This document shows positions 18,367-28,818 of a stretch of 57,416 bases of DNA, in pieces. Below the pieces are notes generated by a model, which made no database searches, was not told the origin of the DNA, and saw only the letters and a list, made by a program, of their open reading frames with translations. Positions within the stretch are counted from its first letter, which is position 1; every line of letters begins with the position of its first letter. Both the position numbers and the translations under genes were made by a program. This DNA comes from an uncultured Flavobacterium sp. GTDB lineage: Bacteria; Bacteroidota; Bacteroidia; Flavobacteriales; Flavobacteriaceae. The stretch spans positions 1-57,416 of the forward strand of contig CAZAJH010000001.1 of the NCBI GenBank assembly GCA_964485385.1, given 5' to 3'.

Positions 18367-19437
18367 TTACTTTAAAGTAGCACTGTTTTGAATCATTTTT
18401 TCTATTTCTTCACCAACTAATTTTGTAGCAATTGGCGACCAGTGTGTATCATCATAAAAGTACACATCAATTGTACTCTTGATTTTATCTTGCAATATTT
18501 TTTTAGAGTCAACAAACAGGTAGTCTTTTTCTAAACTTCGAAAAAGGTCAAAAAACAAGGGACGTGTGTAATCGTTTTTATTAACTATGTAATCGTAATA
18601 CAAATCAAACTTATCCGGACAAGGCAAAACAATAAGTTGAATCCCTTTTTGTTTCAGTTTTTTGGCTAGAATATTGAGTTCGGTATTTAATTTTTTTACG
18701 TTGTTGCTGTCGTTATTTACAGGAATGACACTGTAATCATCGTCTAAAAATAAAAGTTTATTGTTGTTTAATGAAAATAGATTTTTGGTTGTATTAACTT
18801 GGTAGATTCTGGAACCATAAGGCTTGTCTTTAAAATGATAAAGAATATTATTCAAAGGAAACAGTATGATGTCTTTACTAAAAAATTTATCTTCAGTATC
18901 TTCTTTTTTTTCAGGGTTTTTAGATTTTTGATCGTGTTCAGCAACTAATTTTTCAATTGATTTTTTAGTTATCTTAGATTGGTTTTTGAACTCAACTCCT
19001 CTTTGAACAAATGATCGTTCAACAGATTGTAAAATAATGTAATCTACTTTTAAGTTATCTAAAACATCTCCGTTGAGAAGTCCATCAACTGTTTCAATCG
19101 GATTCTCATGTAAAAAACGGTCGTAGTGAAGTATTTTTAGTGAAGGGTCAATGGCATTTTGATAGCTCATTCCTCCTTGTTCGGAAAAGGAATCACCCAC
19201 TGTTAGTATCGAATAATGATTTTTTTTATTTAAATCGATTTTTGAAATGAGATCAAAGTTCAGCTTCTCATTAATTTCTTTTTTAAAAAGAACATTGAAA
19301 TCGTAATCAAGCGTCTTTGGGATATAGCCTAGTCTTGATAAGTCCCCTTTTTCTTTTGATGAATACGTTGAATAAACCCAAAATAAAATAAAAAATGGAG
19401 CTGTAAAGAAGGCGGTTTTATATAGTAATTTTTTCAT
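18367..19437 (-). CDS. AlgJ/AlgX-like SGNH-fold O-acyltransferase
   Basis: N-terminal TM anchor, VGDSFS and DDTHWSP motifs; directly downstream of MBOAT. Confidence 0.72.
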   Translation of the reverse strand: MKKLLYKTAFFTAPFFILFWVYSTYSSKEKGDLSRLGYIPKTLDYDFNVLFKKEINEKLNFDLISKIDLNKKNHYSILTVGDSFSEQGGMSYQNAIDPSLKILHYDRFLHENPIETVDGLLNGDVLDNLKVDYIILQSVERSFVQRGVEFKNQSKITKKSIEKLVAEHDQKSKNPEKKEDTEDKFFSKDIILFPLNNILYHFKDKPYGSRIYQVNTTKNLFSLNNNKLLFLDDDYSVIPVNNDSNNVKKLNTELNILAKKLKQKGIQLIVLPCPDKFDLYYDYIVNKNDYTRPLFFDLFRSLEKDYLFVDSKKILQDKIKSTIDVYFYDDTHWSPIATKLVGEEIEKMIQNSATLK

Positions 19438-19440
19438 CTT

Positions 19441-20877
19441 TTAAAACTCAAAATAAATAAATTGTTGTTCTTTTCCACCAAACCAAAACAAACAAATAAT
19501 TAGTGCAGAATAAAAAGCATAGCGCAACGGTTTTTTCCAGTTTAAACCTAGTTTGGCCAACGCAAATTGTTGTTCTCTTCCAGTCCACTCGATAATTAAA
19601 AACAGTAGGACAAGTATAATTAGATCTCCACGAACTTTTAATTCGGTTATGAATTTTGGGAAAGTAGCGATGCGATAGATGTAATTCATGGCATGATCCA
19701 AATTCTCAGCTCTGAAGAAAATCCAAGCAAAAACGGCCAAACCAAAAGTGACCACTATAGAAATAAACTCTTTAAAAGTTGGGAATAACTTTCCTTGTGC
19801 CACAATTTCGAGGTTGTTTCTGTTGGTGTTGAGTACTATTGAGGGCATGATATATAAGGCATTCAAAAGTCCCCAAACAATAAAAGTCCAGTTGGCACCG
19901 TGCCAAAATCCACTGACAAGAAAAATAATAAATGTGTTTCGTACTTTTATCCAAGTACCACCTTTGCTTCCTCCAAGCGGAATGTAGAGGTAATCTTTGA
20001 ACCAGGATGAGAGTGAAATATGCCATCGTCTCCAAAATTCAGCTATATCTCTTGAAAAATAGGGGAAAGCAAAATTGCGAAGTAACTCAATACCCATTAG
20101 GCGAGCTGTACCTAGAGCAATATCGGAATAGCCAGAAAAATCACAATAAATTTGAATCGAAAAGAACAAGGCTCCAGCGATGAGTCCCATACTGGAATAG
20201 TCTTGGTAGTTTCCAAAAATTACATTGGCATGTTCGGCGCATTGATCGGCAATTACAATTTTTTTGAATAAACCCCAAAGAATTTGCCTCAAACCATCAA
20301 CGGCTCTGGTATAATTGAATACTCTTTCTCTTTGAATTTGAGGAAGCAAATGGGTTGCTCTTTCGATTGGCCCAGCAACCAGTAGTGGAAAAAAGCTCAC
20401 AAAAACCGAATATTCAATGAAGTCTCTCTCGGCCTTGATGCGGTCTTTGTAGATGTCTATTACATAAGATAAACCGTGAAACGTATAAAATGAAATACCT
20501 ACGGGTAGAATTACTTTTAGCGTCCATGGATTTACTTCAATTCCAAAATTAGCAACGGCATCGGCAAAAGATTGTGCAAAAAAGTTATAGTATTTAAAAA
20601 CACCTAGAAATCCTAAGTTAATACACACACTCAACCAAAACCAAAACTTTTTCCCTCTTTGGTCTGCGGCTTCCGACATTTTTATACCCGTGTAATAATC
20701 TAAAAGTGTCGAAAAAATAAGTAGAAACAAAAACCTCCAATCCCAACAAGCATAAAAATAATAGCTCGATACCAGCAATAAAATGTTTTGTAATTTTAAA
20801 TTTTTGTTGGTAACAAACCAGTAGAGAACAAAGACAATAGGAAAAAAAATGGCAAAGGATAATGAGTTGAAAAGCAT
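19441..20877 (-). CDS. MBOAT family O-acyltransferase (AlgI/PatA/DltB-like)
   Basis: LPVGISFYTF, AGPIER, DFSGYSDIA, FWRRWHISLSSWFKDYLYIPLGG, SGFWHGANWTF. Confidence 0.95.
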   Translation of the reverse strand: MLFNSLSFAIFFPIVFVLYWFVTNKNLKLQNILLLVSSYYFYACWDWRFLFLLIFSTLLDYYTGIKMSEAADQRGKKFWFWLSVCINLGFLGVFKYYNFFAQSFADAVANFGIEVNPWTLKVILPVGISFYTFHGLSYVIDIYKDRIKAERDFIEYSVFVSFFPLLVAGPIERATHLLPQIQRERVFNYTRAVDGLRQILWGLFKKIVIADQCAEHANVIFGNYQDYSSMGLIAGALFFSIQIYCDFSGYSDIALGTARLMGIELLRNFAFPYFSRDIAEFWRRWHISLSSWFKDYLYIPLGGSKGGTWIKVRNTFIIFLVSGFWHGANWTFIVWGLLNALYIMPSIVLNTNRNNLEIVAQGKLFPTFKEFISIVVTFGLAVFAWIFFRAENLDHAMNYIYRIATFPKFITELKVRGDLIILVLLFLIIEWTGREQQFALAKLGLNWKKPLRYAFYSALIICLFWFGGKEQQFIYFEF

Positions 20878-20942
20878 ATTCTTTGTACTGTTTTATGAAT
20901 TAGTGATAAAAGTGAAGTATTGGTTATTGCTAGTAGACCCAA

Positions 20943-22127
20943 TTAAGCCAAAACTTCTTTTATTCTTCGCAAAGCTTCGGTTAATAATTCTTCACTCGTT
21001 GCATATGATAGTCGAATGCAATTCGGATTTCCGAAAGCATCACCTGTAACTGTTGCAACGTTGGCTTCTGATAACAAATACATAGAAAAATCATCTGCAT
21101 TGGCAATGTATTTCCCTCTTAAGGTTTTTCCAAAATAGGAAGAAACATCAGGAAAAACATAAAAAGCGCCTTCAGGAACATTGAGTTTGAGTCCTGGAAT
21201 ATTGTTGATCAAACCAACTACCAAGTTTCTTCTGCTTTTAAACGCGGCTACCATTTCTTTCAAAACACTAGGGTCAGCATCAACGGCCGTAATGGTGGCT
21301 CTTTGAGCAATTGAGTTGGCTCCAGAAGTCACCTGACCTTGCATTTTGGTACAGGCTTTGGCAATAAATTCGGGAGCTCCTATATAACCAATTCTCCATC
21401 CAGTCATGGCAAAAGCTTTGGCAACACCATTTACCGTTATGGTTCTGTCAAACATTCCGGGAATTGAGGCAATGCTACAAAAAGTGCCTGAAAAATTGAT
21501 GTGTTCGTAAATTTCGTCGGCTACCACATAAATTTCAGGGTATTTTTCTAAGACTTTCGACAGAGCCGTTAACTCATCGCGGTTATATACTGAACCACTC
21601 GGATTACAAGGTGAGCTGTACCAAATCATTTTAGTTTTTGGGGTTATTGCTTGCTCAAGTTGTTCGGGCGTAATTTTAAAATCACTTTCAACTGAGGTAG
21701 GAACTTCCACGGGAACACCACCTGATAGTTTGATTATTTCATAATAAGATACCCAATAAGGAGCTGGAAGAATTACTTCATCACCTTCGTTAATCAGGCA
21801 TTGTGCAATGTTATAAAGCGATTGTTTGGCACCAGTAGATACGACAATATTGGACGGTTTGTAGTCTAAATGGTTATCGCGTTTAAATTTACGGCAAATA
21901 GCTTCACGTAATTCCAAATAACCATCCACTGGGGTGTAAGTACTGAAGTTGTCATCGATGGCTTTTTTGGCTGCTTCTTTAATAAAATCGGGAGTATTGA
22001 AATCAGGTTCGCCTAAACTCAAGCTAATGATATCTTTGCCTTGCATTTTTAACTCTCTAGCCAAAGCAGCCATTGCTAAGGTTTGCGAGGTTGATAAATT
22101 GTTTATTCTGTCCGATAATGGGCTCAT
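20943..22127 (-). CDS. aspC: Class I PLP-dependent aminotransferase (aspartate aminotransferase)
   Basis: GEPDFNTP, GAKQSL, PCNPSG, DEIYE, AKAFAMTGWRIGY. Confidence 0.9.
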   Translation of the reverse strand: MSPLSDRINNLSTSQTLAMAALARELKMQGKDIISLSLGEPDFNTPDFIKEAAKKAIDDNFSTYTPVDGYLELREAICRKFKRDNHLDYKPSNIVVSTGAKQSLYNIAQCLINEGDEVILPAPYWVSYYEIIKLSGGVPVEVPTSVESDFKITPEQLEQAITPKTKMIWYSSPCNPSGSVYNRDELTALSKVLEKYPEIYVVADEIYEHINFSGTFCSIASIPGMFDRTITVNGVAKAFAMTGWRIGYIGAPEFIAKACTKMQGQVTSGANSIAQRATITAVDADPSVLKEMVAAFKSRRNLVVGLINNIPGLKLNVPEGAFYVFPDVSSYFGKTLRGKYIANADDFSMYLLSEANVATVTGDAFGNPNCIRLSYATSEELLTEALRRIKEVLA

Positions 22128-22214
22128 AATTGTGCGGTTATGATGTTTAAAAGATTATGTCAAAGAGAACGTATCAATAAATGCAACAAATTTCTCTTTT
22201 AAAAAGCAGCAAAA

Positions 22215-23312
22215 TTAAACCATCTGTGGCTTTTTTCCTAATTCTCTTAGGTGAGAAAAATGAGAAATTATGGCCTCACGAGTAGTCTTGAATTCGTAAT
22301 AAGGTAAATTACATTCTTTAGCGGTTTGCTTAACAAATTCAGCAATTTTATTGTAGTGAATGTGACTAATATTCGGGAAAAGATGGTGCTCAACTTGGTG
22401 ATTTAATCCGCCAGTGTAATAATTTACCAACCAATTTTTAGGTGCAAAATTGGCCGTGGTATACAATTGATGGATAGCCCAAGTGTTTTCAATTTCACCT
22501 TCTTCATTAGGAATCGGATTCTCGGTTTCATGCACCACATGTGCCAATTGAAAAACCACACTCAAAATCAAACCAGCGGTATAATGCATAACAATAAAAC
22601 CAAGTAATACTTGCCACCATGAAACATGCCCAACTAGAATTGGAATGACAATCCACATCGAAAAGTAAATGATTTTTGTAATAACCAACGTAGTCCAACG
22701 GATAACCGGTTTTTTGAACTCACCATAGGATAAATTTCGTTTTAAGTAGCGACTCATCTGCATAAAATCAGTTGTAATAGCCCAATTAAAAGTCAATAAT
22801 CCATACAAGAAAATAGAATAATAATGTTGAAATTTGTGGTGTTTGTACCATTTGGCTTCTTTGGTAAAACGCAAAATACGACCTGCTTCAAGGTCTTCGT
22901 CATGTCCTAAAATATTGGTGTAGGTGTGATGCAAAACATTGTGCTGTACTTGCCAATTGTATACATTCCCTGCCAAAATATAAATACTTCCGCCCATTAT
23001 TTTATTGATCCAAGACTTATTAGAATAGGCACCATGATTGCCATCGTGCATCACATTCATTCCTACGCCAGCCATTCCAATTCCAATCACCACATTCAGC
23101 AGCAAATAAACCCAAAAAGGCATTTCCATAGCCAAAAGGAAGAAATAGGGTGTAAGAAAAATGGCAAACATGACTATGGTTTTTAAGTGGAGTCTCCAAT
23201 TTCCTGTTTTATCAATATTGTTTTCTTTGAAATAATCGTTGACGCGTTTGTTGAGGGTTCTAAAAAATTTAAGGTTGTCGCTTTTAGAAAAGACAGGTGT
23301 TGTGGTATTCAT
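22215..23312 (-). CDS. Membrane fatty acid (acyl-CoA) desaturase
   Basis: His boxes HDGNH, QHNVLHH, HQVEHH. Confidence 0.93.
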   Translation of the reverse strand: MNTTTPVFSKSDNLKFFRTLNKRVNDYFKENNIDKTGNWRLHLKTIVMFAIFLTPYFFLLAMEMPFWVYLLLNVVIGIGMAGVGMNVMHDGNHGAYSNKSWINKIMGGSIYILAGNVYNWQVQHNVLHHTYTNILGHDEDLEAGRILRFTKEAKWYKHHKFQHYYSIFLYGLLTFNWAITTDFMQMSRYLKRNLSYGEFKKPVIRWTTLVITKIIYFSMWIVIPILVGHVSWWQVLLGFIVMHYTAGLILSVVFQLAHVVHETENPIPNEEGEIENTWAIHQLYTTANFAPKNWLVNYYTGGLNHQVEHHLFPNISHIHYNKIAEFVKQTAKECNLPYYEFKTTREAIISHFSHLRELGKKPQMV

Positions 23313-23420
23313 TTTTTTTATGCTAAAGTTTGCCCAAAGGTAACCATTCTAATTTTTTTAGCGCTGATATTCGTCATTTTTTATTCACTAAAAACACTAT
23401 TTTTGTTGAAAATTCAATTT

Positions 23421-24038
23421 ATGGATGAAATTTTAAATCAATTTCCTAATCTAACTGATAATCAGCAAATCCAATTTAGAAAGTTACAGTTTTTATATGC
23501 CGATTGGAACGCTAAAATTAATGTGATTTCACGAAAAGATATTGATGAATTGTACACACGCCATGTGTTGCACTCGTTGGGAATTGCCAAAATAATCAAA
23601 TTCAATACAGGAGCACGAATCATGGATGTGGGAACGGGTGGTGGTTTTCCTGGAATTCCACTCGCGATTTTGTTTCCAGAAGTTGATTTTTACCTGATTG
23701 ATGTAATTGCCAAAAAAATTAAAGTGGTCAATGAAGTGGCTTCTGAATTGGGATTGAAGAATGTAAAAGCTGAACAAATGCGAGCAGCTAACGTCAAATC
23801 AGATTTTGATTTTGTGGTAAGTCGAGCCGTTACCAATATGCCCGATTTTGTTACTTGGGTGAAAGGTAAAGTCAAAAAAACTTCAACACACGAGTTGAAA
23901 AATGGGATATTGTATTTGAAAGGAGGCGATTTGACAGAGGAGTTGAAAGATTTTCCCAAAGCCCAACAATACAATTTATCGGACTACTTTTCAGATGCGT
24001 TTTTTGAAACTAAAAAAGTAGTACATCTAGCATTATAA
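23421..24038 (+). CDS. rsmG: 16S rRNA (guanine527-N7)-methyltransferase
   Basis: WNAKINVISR, RHVLHS, MDVGTGGGFPGIPLA, VSRAV, YLKGG; start taken at MDEIL (23421). Confidence 0.95.
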   Translation: MDEILNQFPNLTDNQQIQFRKLQFLYADWNAKINVISRKDIDELYTRHVLHSLGIAKIIKFNTGARIMDVGTGGGFPGIPLAILFPEVDFYLIDVIAKKIKVVNEVASELGLKNVKAEQMRAANVKSDFDFVVSRAVTNMPDFVTWVKGKVKKTSTHELKNGILYLKGGDLTEELKDFPKAQQYNLSDYFSDAFFETKKVVHLAL

Positions 24039-24040
24039 AC

Positions 24041-24070
24041 GAAAACCCCGAACAATAGCTCGGGGTTTTC
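24041..24070. terminator. Bidirectional terminator
   Basis: GAAAACCCCGA-N8-TCGGGGTTTTC. Confidence 0.75.
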
Positions 24071-24085
24071 TATTAAAATGAAATC

Positions 24086-26371
24086 CTATTCTTTAATTAA
24101 TTTTTTGGTAATGCTATTACTTCCATTTTGGATGGTGATCAAATAAACTCCTTTAGACAAGGCAATTGGAATTTCAAGTGTTCCGTTGATGCTTTTATTC
24201 TGAATGTTAAAAATCGTTTTTCCAACCACATCGGTCAAAGTAATCGTAGCGTTTTCAATCGCGTAAGATGAATTGATTTCAACTGTATTAGCTACTGGGT
24301 TTTTAATCCAAATACTATCGAGTGAGGCCGTTTCTGGGGTGTCTAAAACTGGATTCAAAATCTCATTCAACATAAATGCCAAATTTTGAGCATTTACGGT
24401 AACGTGATTCTCATTGACTGTCGGAATGGAAGAAGCAACAAAAGGAGTTGTTCCTGTTGAGGTTGGTGTATATAAATTATTGGTGTTGGATATTGCCATT
24501 GAGCTCCAAGCGGGAATGAAACAAAAATAATCGGCGTTCAAATTGTCAAAGAATTCTGTAAGTAAAGGATCTGTTCCTAAACCAGCCTGAAAACCACTCA
24601 TATCAAATCGGCCACCAGGAGCTGTATCTAAACCATCTGTAAAAGTGGGTGCTTTTGAATTGGCTAAGCTTTCAAAAATGGTAAACCAACTGACAATTAA
24701 GAATGTCTGTCCTCTAAATCGACTTACTTGATTGGTTTGATTGGCTGCAGGTGTATAACGCAAATTGATAATGGCTCTTTGCGAAGCAGTAATGTTGAAC
24801 GTATGATTCATTACTTCAAAATCGGGTGTATAATTGGAAGTGCCATTACCGGCACCATTTGAAATAGAAACATTTCTAACATCTACTGGAAATCCCATGG
24901 TATTTAATTCGTTTTGAAAAGCGTTTCTGTAGTTGGGTGACCCAGTCGGAACTAAAGAGGCGGAAGCTGTATTGAATTCAAACGTACTCCCAGCTTGCAA
25001 GTGTCCTTCGAAGTGATCTATTAACATTTGGCGAGCGGCTGGACTCTTAATTAAACCATCAACTATGGGTTGGATTTGGGCATTTCCTAACGGACCGTAG
25101 GCCATGTAGTTGAACAAATGTTGAAAGCCTATTGGTACATTTGCTCCCAAATGAGGTGAGTCAAACGAAATGTACAATCGCGTTTGATGGTCAAGATTAT
25201 TCATTTCCATATAACGCAACGCATAGCGAGAAATCAATCCACCCATACTCGGGCCAATTACCACATTTTCTTCATTACCCACTTTTTGTGCGTTGATTTG
25301 ATTTATGAGTTCGACTAAAATAAATGCATTCCGTTGGATAAAATCGACACCTCCGTCGACCACAGTGGTTGTGTTGGCTCTTGTGTAAACAGGAAAATTC
25401 AAAATGACAATATCAAAACCTTGAGCTCTCAAATCGTCGGCCAAGTTTTGACCAGTACCGTAGTTTAATGATTGATAAATAACGGTAACGCTACGGCTAT
25501 CGCCTGGATCAAAACCATCAACCAGGAAAATCGGTTTGTCTAACACACCAGTTGTTGTATCTAAAAATAATTCGTATTCACCTTGACCCAAAAAAGCTGC
25601 GGTTTCACCAAAACCTTGGTAACCAATGGTTGCAGTGATAGCTGTGATCGCATTCGGAACGACAGCCAAACTGTTTTTGTTGATTTCAGCTGTTGGTTGG
25701 TTATCGATTTCTATTTCAAAAGATTGTTCCACCACTTCACCATTGCTAAACGCTATTTGGTAGCCAATTGTTTGTTTGCCAGATGCACTCAATGAAAGTT
25801 GAAAAGGTTGATTGAAATTGATTTTTCTCCAATTGGAATTTTCAGTTTTGACTGCGATGCTAGCAATTATTCGGTTGGTGGTGTTGAAGACAAAATCTTC
25901 TTTCAAAATAAAAGTAGAGGAAGTAGATTTGGCTACCAAAGCACTCATCATATTCAAGGAATGTTTTTCAAACGCGTTACTGACATTCGGTTTTAACACA
26001 AAGTGTGATTCGCTATTCGAGTATACATCCCCATTTTCAATGGCCGTATTTTTAATCGTCTCAAAATCAGTAATTAAAATCGAAAGCGGAATTTGTTTTG
26101 TGGCTTTACCTAGTTGGGCTTCTTCTTTTAGTTTCTCGAATTGAGGCAACGATTGCGAAAAATCGGCACGTTGAATTTCATGATACACTTGGTTAAAAGT
26201 GGTAGCTGAAATAGTTTTTGTGTCGAGAGTGTTCGCTTTAGAAAGATTGAAAACTCGGTCGTATAAGATGTTGGTTGTGGTTTTGTTTTTCAGTAAATCA
26301 TAGGCTTTGTCTTGACTAAAACCTAATATTGAAAATAATGAAAAAAGTAAAAGAGTAGTAGTTGTTTTCAT
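24086..26371 (-). CDS. T9SS-secreted alpha/beta hydrolase with type A C-terminal sorting domain
   Basis: Signal peptide; DGFDPG oxyanion region, GPSMGG nucleophile elbow, DSPHLGAN; CTD NPV...LSKGVYLITI...TKKLIKE. Confidence 0.85.
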   Translation of the reverse strand: MKTTTTLLLFSLFSILGFSQDKAYDLLKNKTTTNILYDRVFNLSKANTLDTKTISATTFNQVYHEIQRADFSQSLPQFEKLKEEAQLGKATKQIPLSILITDFETIKNTAIENGDVYSNSESHFVLKPNVSNAFEKHSLNMMSALVAKSTSSTFILKEDFVFNTTNRIIASIAVKTENSNWRKINFNQPFQLSLSASGKQTIGYQIAFSNGEVVEQSFEIEIDNQPTAEINKNSLAVVPNAITAITATIGYQGFGETAAFLGQGEYELFLDTTTGVLDKPIFLVDGFDPGDSRSVTVIYQSLNYGTGQNLADDLRAQGFDIVILNFPVYTRANTTTVVDGGVDFIQRNAFILVELINQINAQKVGNEENVVIGPSMGGLISRYALRYMEMNNLDHQTRLYISFDSPHLGANVPIGFQHLFNYMAYGPLGNAQIQPIVDGLIKSPAARQMLIDHFEGHLQAGSTFEFNTASASLVPTGSPNYRNAFQNELNTMGFPVDVRNVSISNGAGNGTSNYTPDFEVMNHTFNITASQRAIINLRYTPAANQTNQVSRFRGQTFLIVSWFTIFESLANSKAPTFTDGLDTAPGGRFDMSGFQAGLGTDPLLTEFFDNLNADYFCFIPAWSSMAISNTNNLYTPTSTGTTPFVASSIPTVNENHVTVNAQNLAFMLNEILNPVLDTPETASLDSIWIKNPVANTVEINSSYAIENATITLTDVVGKTIFNIQNKSINGTLEIPIALSKGVYLITIQNGSNSITKKLIKE

Positions 26372-26421
26372 GGTTGAAATTTTGATGTTCGAAGATACAA
26401 AAAATTAATTATCAAGCCAAT

Positions 26422-26451
26422 AAAAAAAGTCCGAGTAAAATACTCAGACTT
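26422..26451 (-). terminator. Terminator downstream of pruA
   Basis: A-run followed by AAGTCCGAGTA-AAA-TACTCAGACTT hairpin. Confidence 0.65.
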
Positions 26452-26474
26452 CTTTGAAAATATTTGCGACGAGA

Positions 26475-28100
26475 TTAGCCCAAAAACGGGTAACGATAAT
26501 CTTCTGGAGTTACAAAAGTTTCTTTGATGGTTCGTGGTGACACCCAACGCAACAAGTTTTGTGCTGAACCTGCTTTGTCATTGGTTCCTGATGCTCTTGC
26601 GCCACCAAAAGGTTGCATTCCAACTACGGCGCCTGTTGGTTTGTCGTTAATGTAGAAATTACCAGCCGAATTTTGTAAAGCCACAGTAGCCTCAGTAATC
26701 GCATATCTATCTTGACTGAAAACGGCTCCAGTTAAGGCATATTCAGAGGTTGCATCAATTAGTTGTAATGTTTCGCTCCACGCTGCATCTTCATATACAT
26801 AAATGGTTAACACAGGGCCGAATAGCTCGGTTTCCATGGTTTTGTATTTTGGATTGGTAGTAAGAATAACGGTTGGTTGGATAAAGTACCCAACGGATTT
26901 GTCGTAATTTCCACCAAAAATAATTTCGGCATCAGCATCTTGTTTAGCCATTTCGATATAGGAAACCAATTTGTCAAATGAACCTTCGTGAATCACAGCG
27001 GTTACAAAATTAGAGAAATCTTCAGGCGAACCTTGCTTGATTGAGGCGAGTTCTTTCCCCATTTCTTCTTTGATGGCAGGCCATAGTGATTTTGGGAAAT
27101 ACGCTCTTGATGCAGCTGAACATTTCTGCCCTTGAAATTCAAAAGCACCACGAATCGTATTGGCTACTACTTGTTTAACATTTGCACTAGGATGCGCAAT
27201 AACAAAATCTTTTCCACCTGTTTCTCCAACAATTCTAGGATATGTTTTGTAATTGTGGATATTGGAACCTATTTTTTTCCAGATTTCCTTGAATACAAAA
27301 GTCGATCCTGTGTAGTGAACACCTGCAAAATCTGGGCTAGCCAAAACCGTATCGGTAATCATGATTGGATCGCCAAAAACTACGTTAATTACACCATTTG
27401 GTAGACCAGCTTCTTTGAATACATCAATAATAATTTTGGCAGAAAAGACTTGACTATCACTTGGTTTCCAAACTACAGTATTGCCCATTAAGGCTGCACT
27501 AGCAGGCAAATTAGCGGCAATGGCTGTAAAGTTAAAAGGTGTAATAGCATATACAAATCCTTCTAGTGGACGATATTCAACACGATTCCACACATCAGAA
27601 ACCGAAGTCGGTTGGTCTTGGTAAATTTGTGTCATGAATTCTACATTGTAACGCAAAAAATCGATGAGCTCGCAAGCAGCGTCAATTTCGGCTTGGTGAA
27701 TGGTCTTCGATTGGGCAATCATAGTAGCTGCGTTGATGCGAGCGCGGTAAGGTCCAGCAATCAATTCGGCCGCTTTTAAGAAGATGGCTGCGCGTTGTTC
27801 CCATGGCAAATTGGCCCAAGCTGTGCGCGATGTTAAAGCGTTGGAAATGGCTTTTTCAACATGTACTTTTTCAGCCAAATGGTAGGTGCCAACAATATGT
27901 TGGTGATCGTGTGGTGCCGACATGGTGCGTGTGTTGCCTGTGCGTATTTCTTCGTCACCAATGTACAATGGCACATCGATTTTTTCGTTCCACATTTTTT
28001 GGTAAGCAGCAAGTACTGCCGCTTTTTCTGGTGAATTAGGGGTGTATGATTTTACAGGTTCGTTGACCGCTTTGGGTACGTTGAAGAATCCTTTTAACAT
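26475..28100 (-). CDS. pruA: L-glutamate gamma-semialdehyde (P5C) dehydrogenase
   Basis: AEIDAACELIDF, ITPFNF, GETGGK, FEFQGQKCSA, QPFGGARASGTNDKAG; start taken at MLKGFF. Confidence 0.95.
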   Translation of the reverse strand: MLKGFFNVPKAVNEPVKSYTPNSPEKAAVLAAYQKMWNEKIDVPLYIGDEEIRTGNTRTMSAPHDHQHIVGTYHLAEKVHVEKAISNALTSRTAWANLPWEQRAAIFLKAAELIAGPYRARINAATMIAQSKTIHQAEIDAACELIDFLRYNVEFMTQIYQDQPTSVSDVWNRVEYRPLEGFVYAITPFNFTAIAANLPASAALMGNTVVWKPSDSQVFSAKIIIDVFKEAGLPNGVINVVFGDPIMITDTVLASPDFAGVHYTGSTFVFKEIWKKIGSNIHNYKTYPRIVGETGGKDFVIAHPSANVKQVVANTIRGAFEFQGQKCSAASRAYFPKSLWPAIKEEMGKELASIKQGSPEDFSNFVTAVIHEGSFDKLVSYIEMAKQDADAEIIFGGNYDKSVGYFIQPTVILTTNPKYKTMETELFGPVLTIYVYEDAAWSETLQLIDATSEYALTGAVFSQDRYAITEATVALQNSAGNFYINDKPTGAVVGMQPFGGARASGTNDKAGSAQNLLRWVSPRTIKETFVTPEDYRYPFLG

Positions 28101-28240
28101 AATAGTGATTTGAAAATTAGACAATTAAAAAAATTAAACAATTGAAAGTTGTGGAATTGTTTCATGTTGAGCAAAAGTACAAAGGTTTTTTTGAAAATTG
28201 GGCAACCTATGCCACAAAACTTCTGATGCAAACGATTGCC

Positions 28241-28364
28241 CTAGCCCAGACCTGCCTGCCGGCAGGCAGGTAGAAACGGAAAGCTTTTTGTATCCCGTTG
28301 CTTCATTTTATTTTTAGAAAATGGCAAGCGGAAAAAAACTTGGAATGGATAGCTGGATCAGCTT
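28241..28364 (+). repeat. Flavo-1-like repeat carrying the same inserted 20-bp palindrome
   Basis: CTAGCCCAGA[CCTGCCTGCCGGCAGGCAGG]TAGAAACGGAAAG...GAATGGATAGCTGGA. Confidence 0.7.
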
Positions 28365-28751
28365 CTAATTTAGAGCAAAAGGGGCATTGAGTTTAAAAGT
28401 AGGAACGATTACTTTAAACGATTTGGTAGTAGTAAAATTAATCATGTTGAAATGACCACGCATAGCACCGTGAGGCGAAGACAACAAGCAACCCGAATTA
28501 TAGGTGTGTTTTTCGCCGGGTTTCAATACGGGTTTCTTTCCGATAACCCCTTCACCATCCACAATTTCGAGGTTGTTAAGTGAGTCGAAAATTTCCCAAT
28601 GGCGTGAGTTCAACTGTACGGAATCTTTGCTGTGGTTTTCGATGGTAATCTCATAAGAAAAGGCGTAGTGAATCTTGTAGTTTTTGAAGTAGGTGCCTTC
28701 AAAACTAGTGTCTACCGAAATTTTTATGCCTCTTGTAATTTGAGAAACCAT
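28365..28751 (-). CDS. apaG: ApaG protein
   Basis: FSYEITIEN, VQLNSRHWEI, VDGEGVIG..PVL, YNSGC, GAMRG. Confidence 0.95.
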   Translation of the reverse strand: MVSQITRGIKISVDTSFEGTYFKNYKIHYAFSYEITIENHSKDSVQLNSRHWEIFDSLNNLEIVDGEGVIGKKPVLKPGEKHTYNSGCLLSSPHGAMRGHFNMINFTTTKSFKVIVPTFKLNAPFALN

Positions 28752-28818
28752 ACTGAAACTTTTGGTAAAGTTACAAAATTAATCAAAAAAGCAATGCGAT
28801 TTTAAGGATAAATTATTG

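Noticed and set aside
23187..23420. Long N-terminal extension of rsmG
   Set aside because: Overlaps the divergent desaturase start; RsmG similarity begins at MDEIL (23421)
28107..28148. Loose 8-mer periodicity (AATTAGAC/AATTAAAC/AATTGAAA) in the pruA leader
   Set aside because: Too degenerate in an AT-rich context to support a function
28201..28216. Possible sigma-54 box upstream of pruA (TGGCAT-AGG-TTGCC on minus)
   Set aside because: Spacer is 3 nt rather than the strictly required 5 nt
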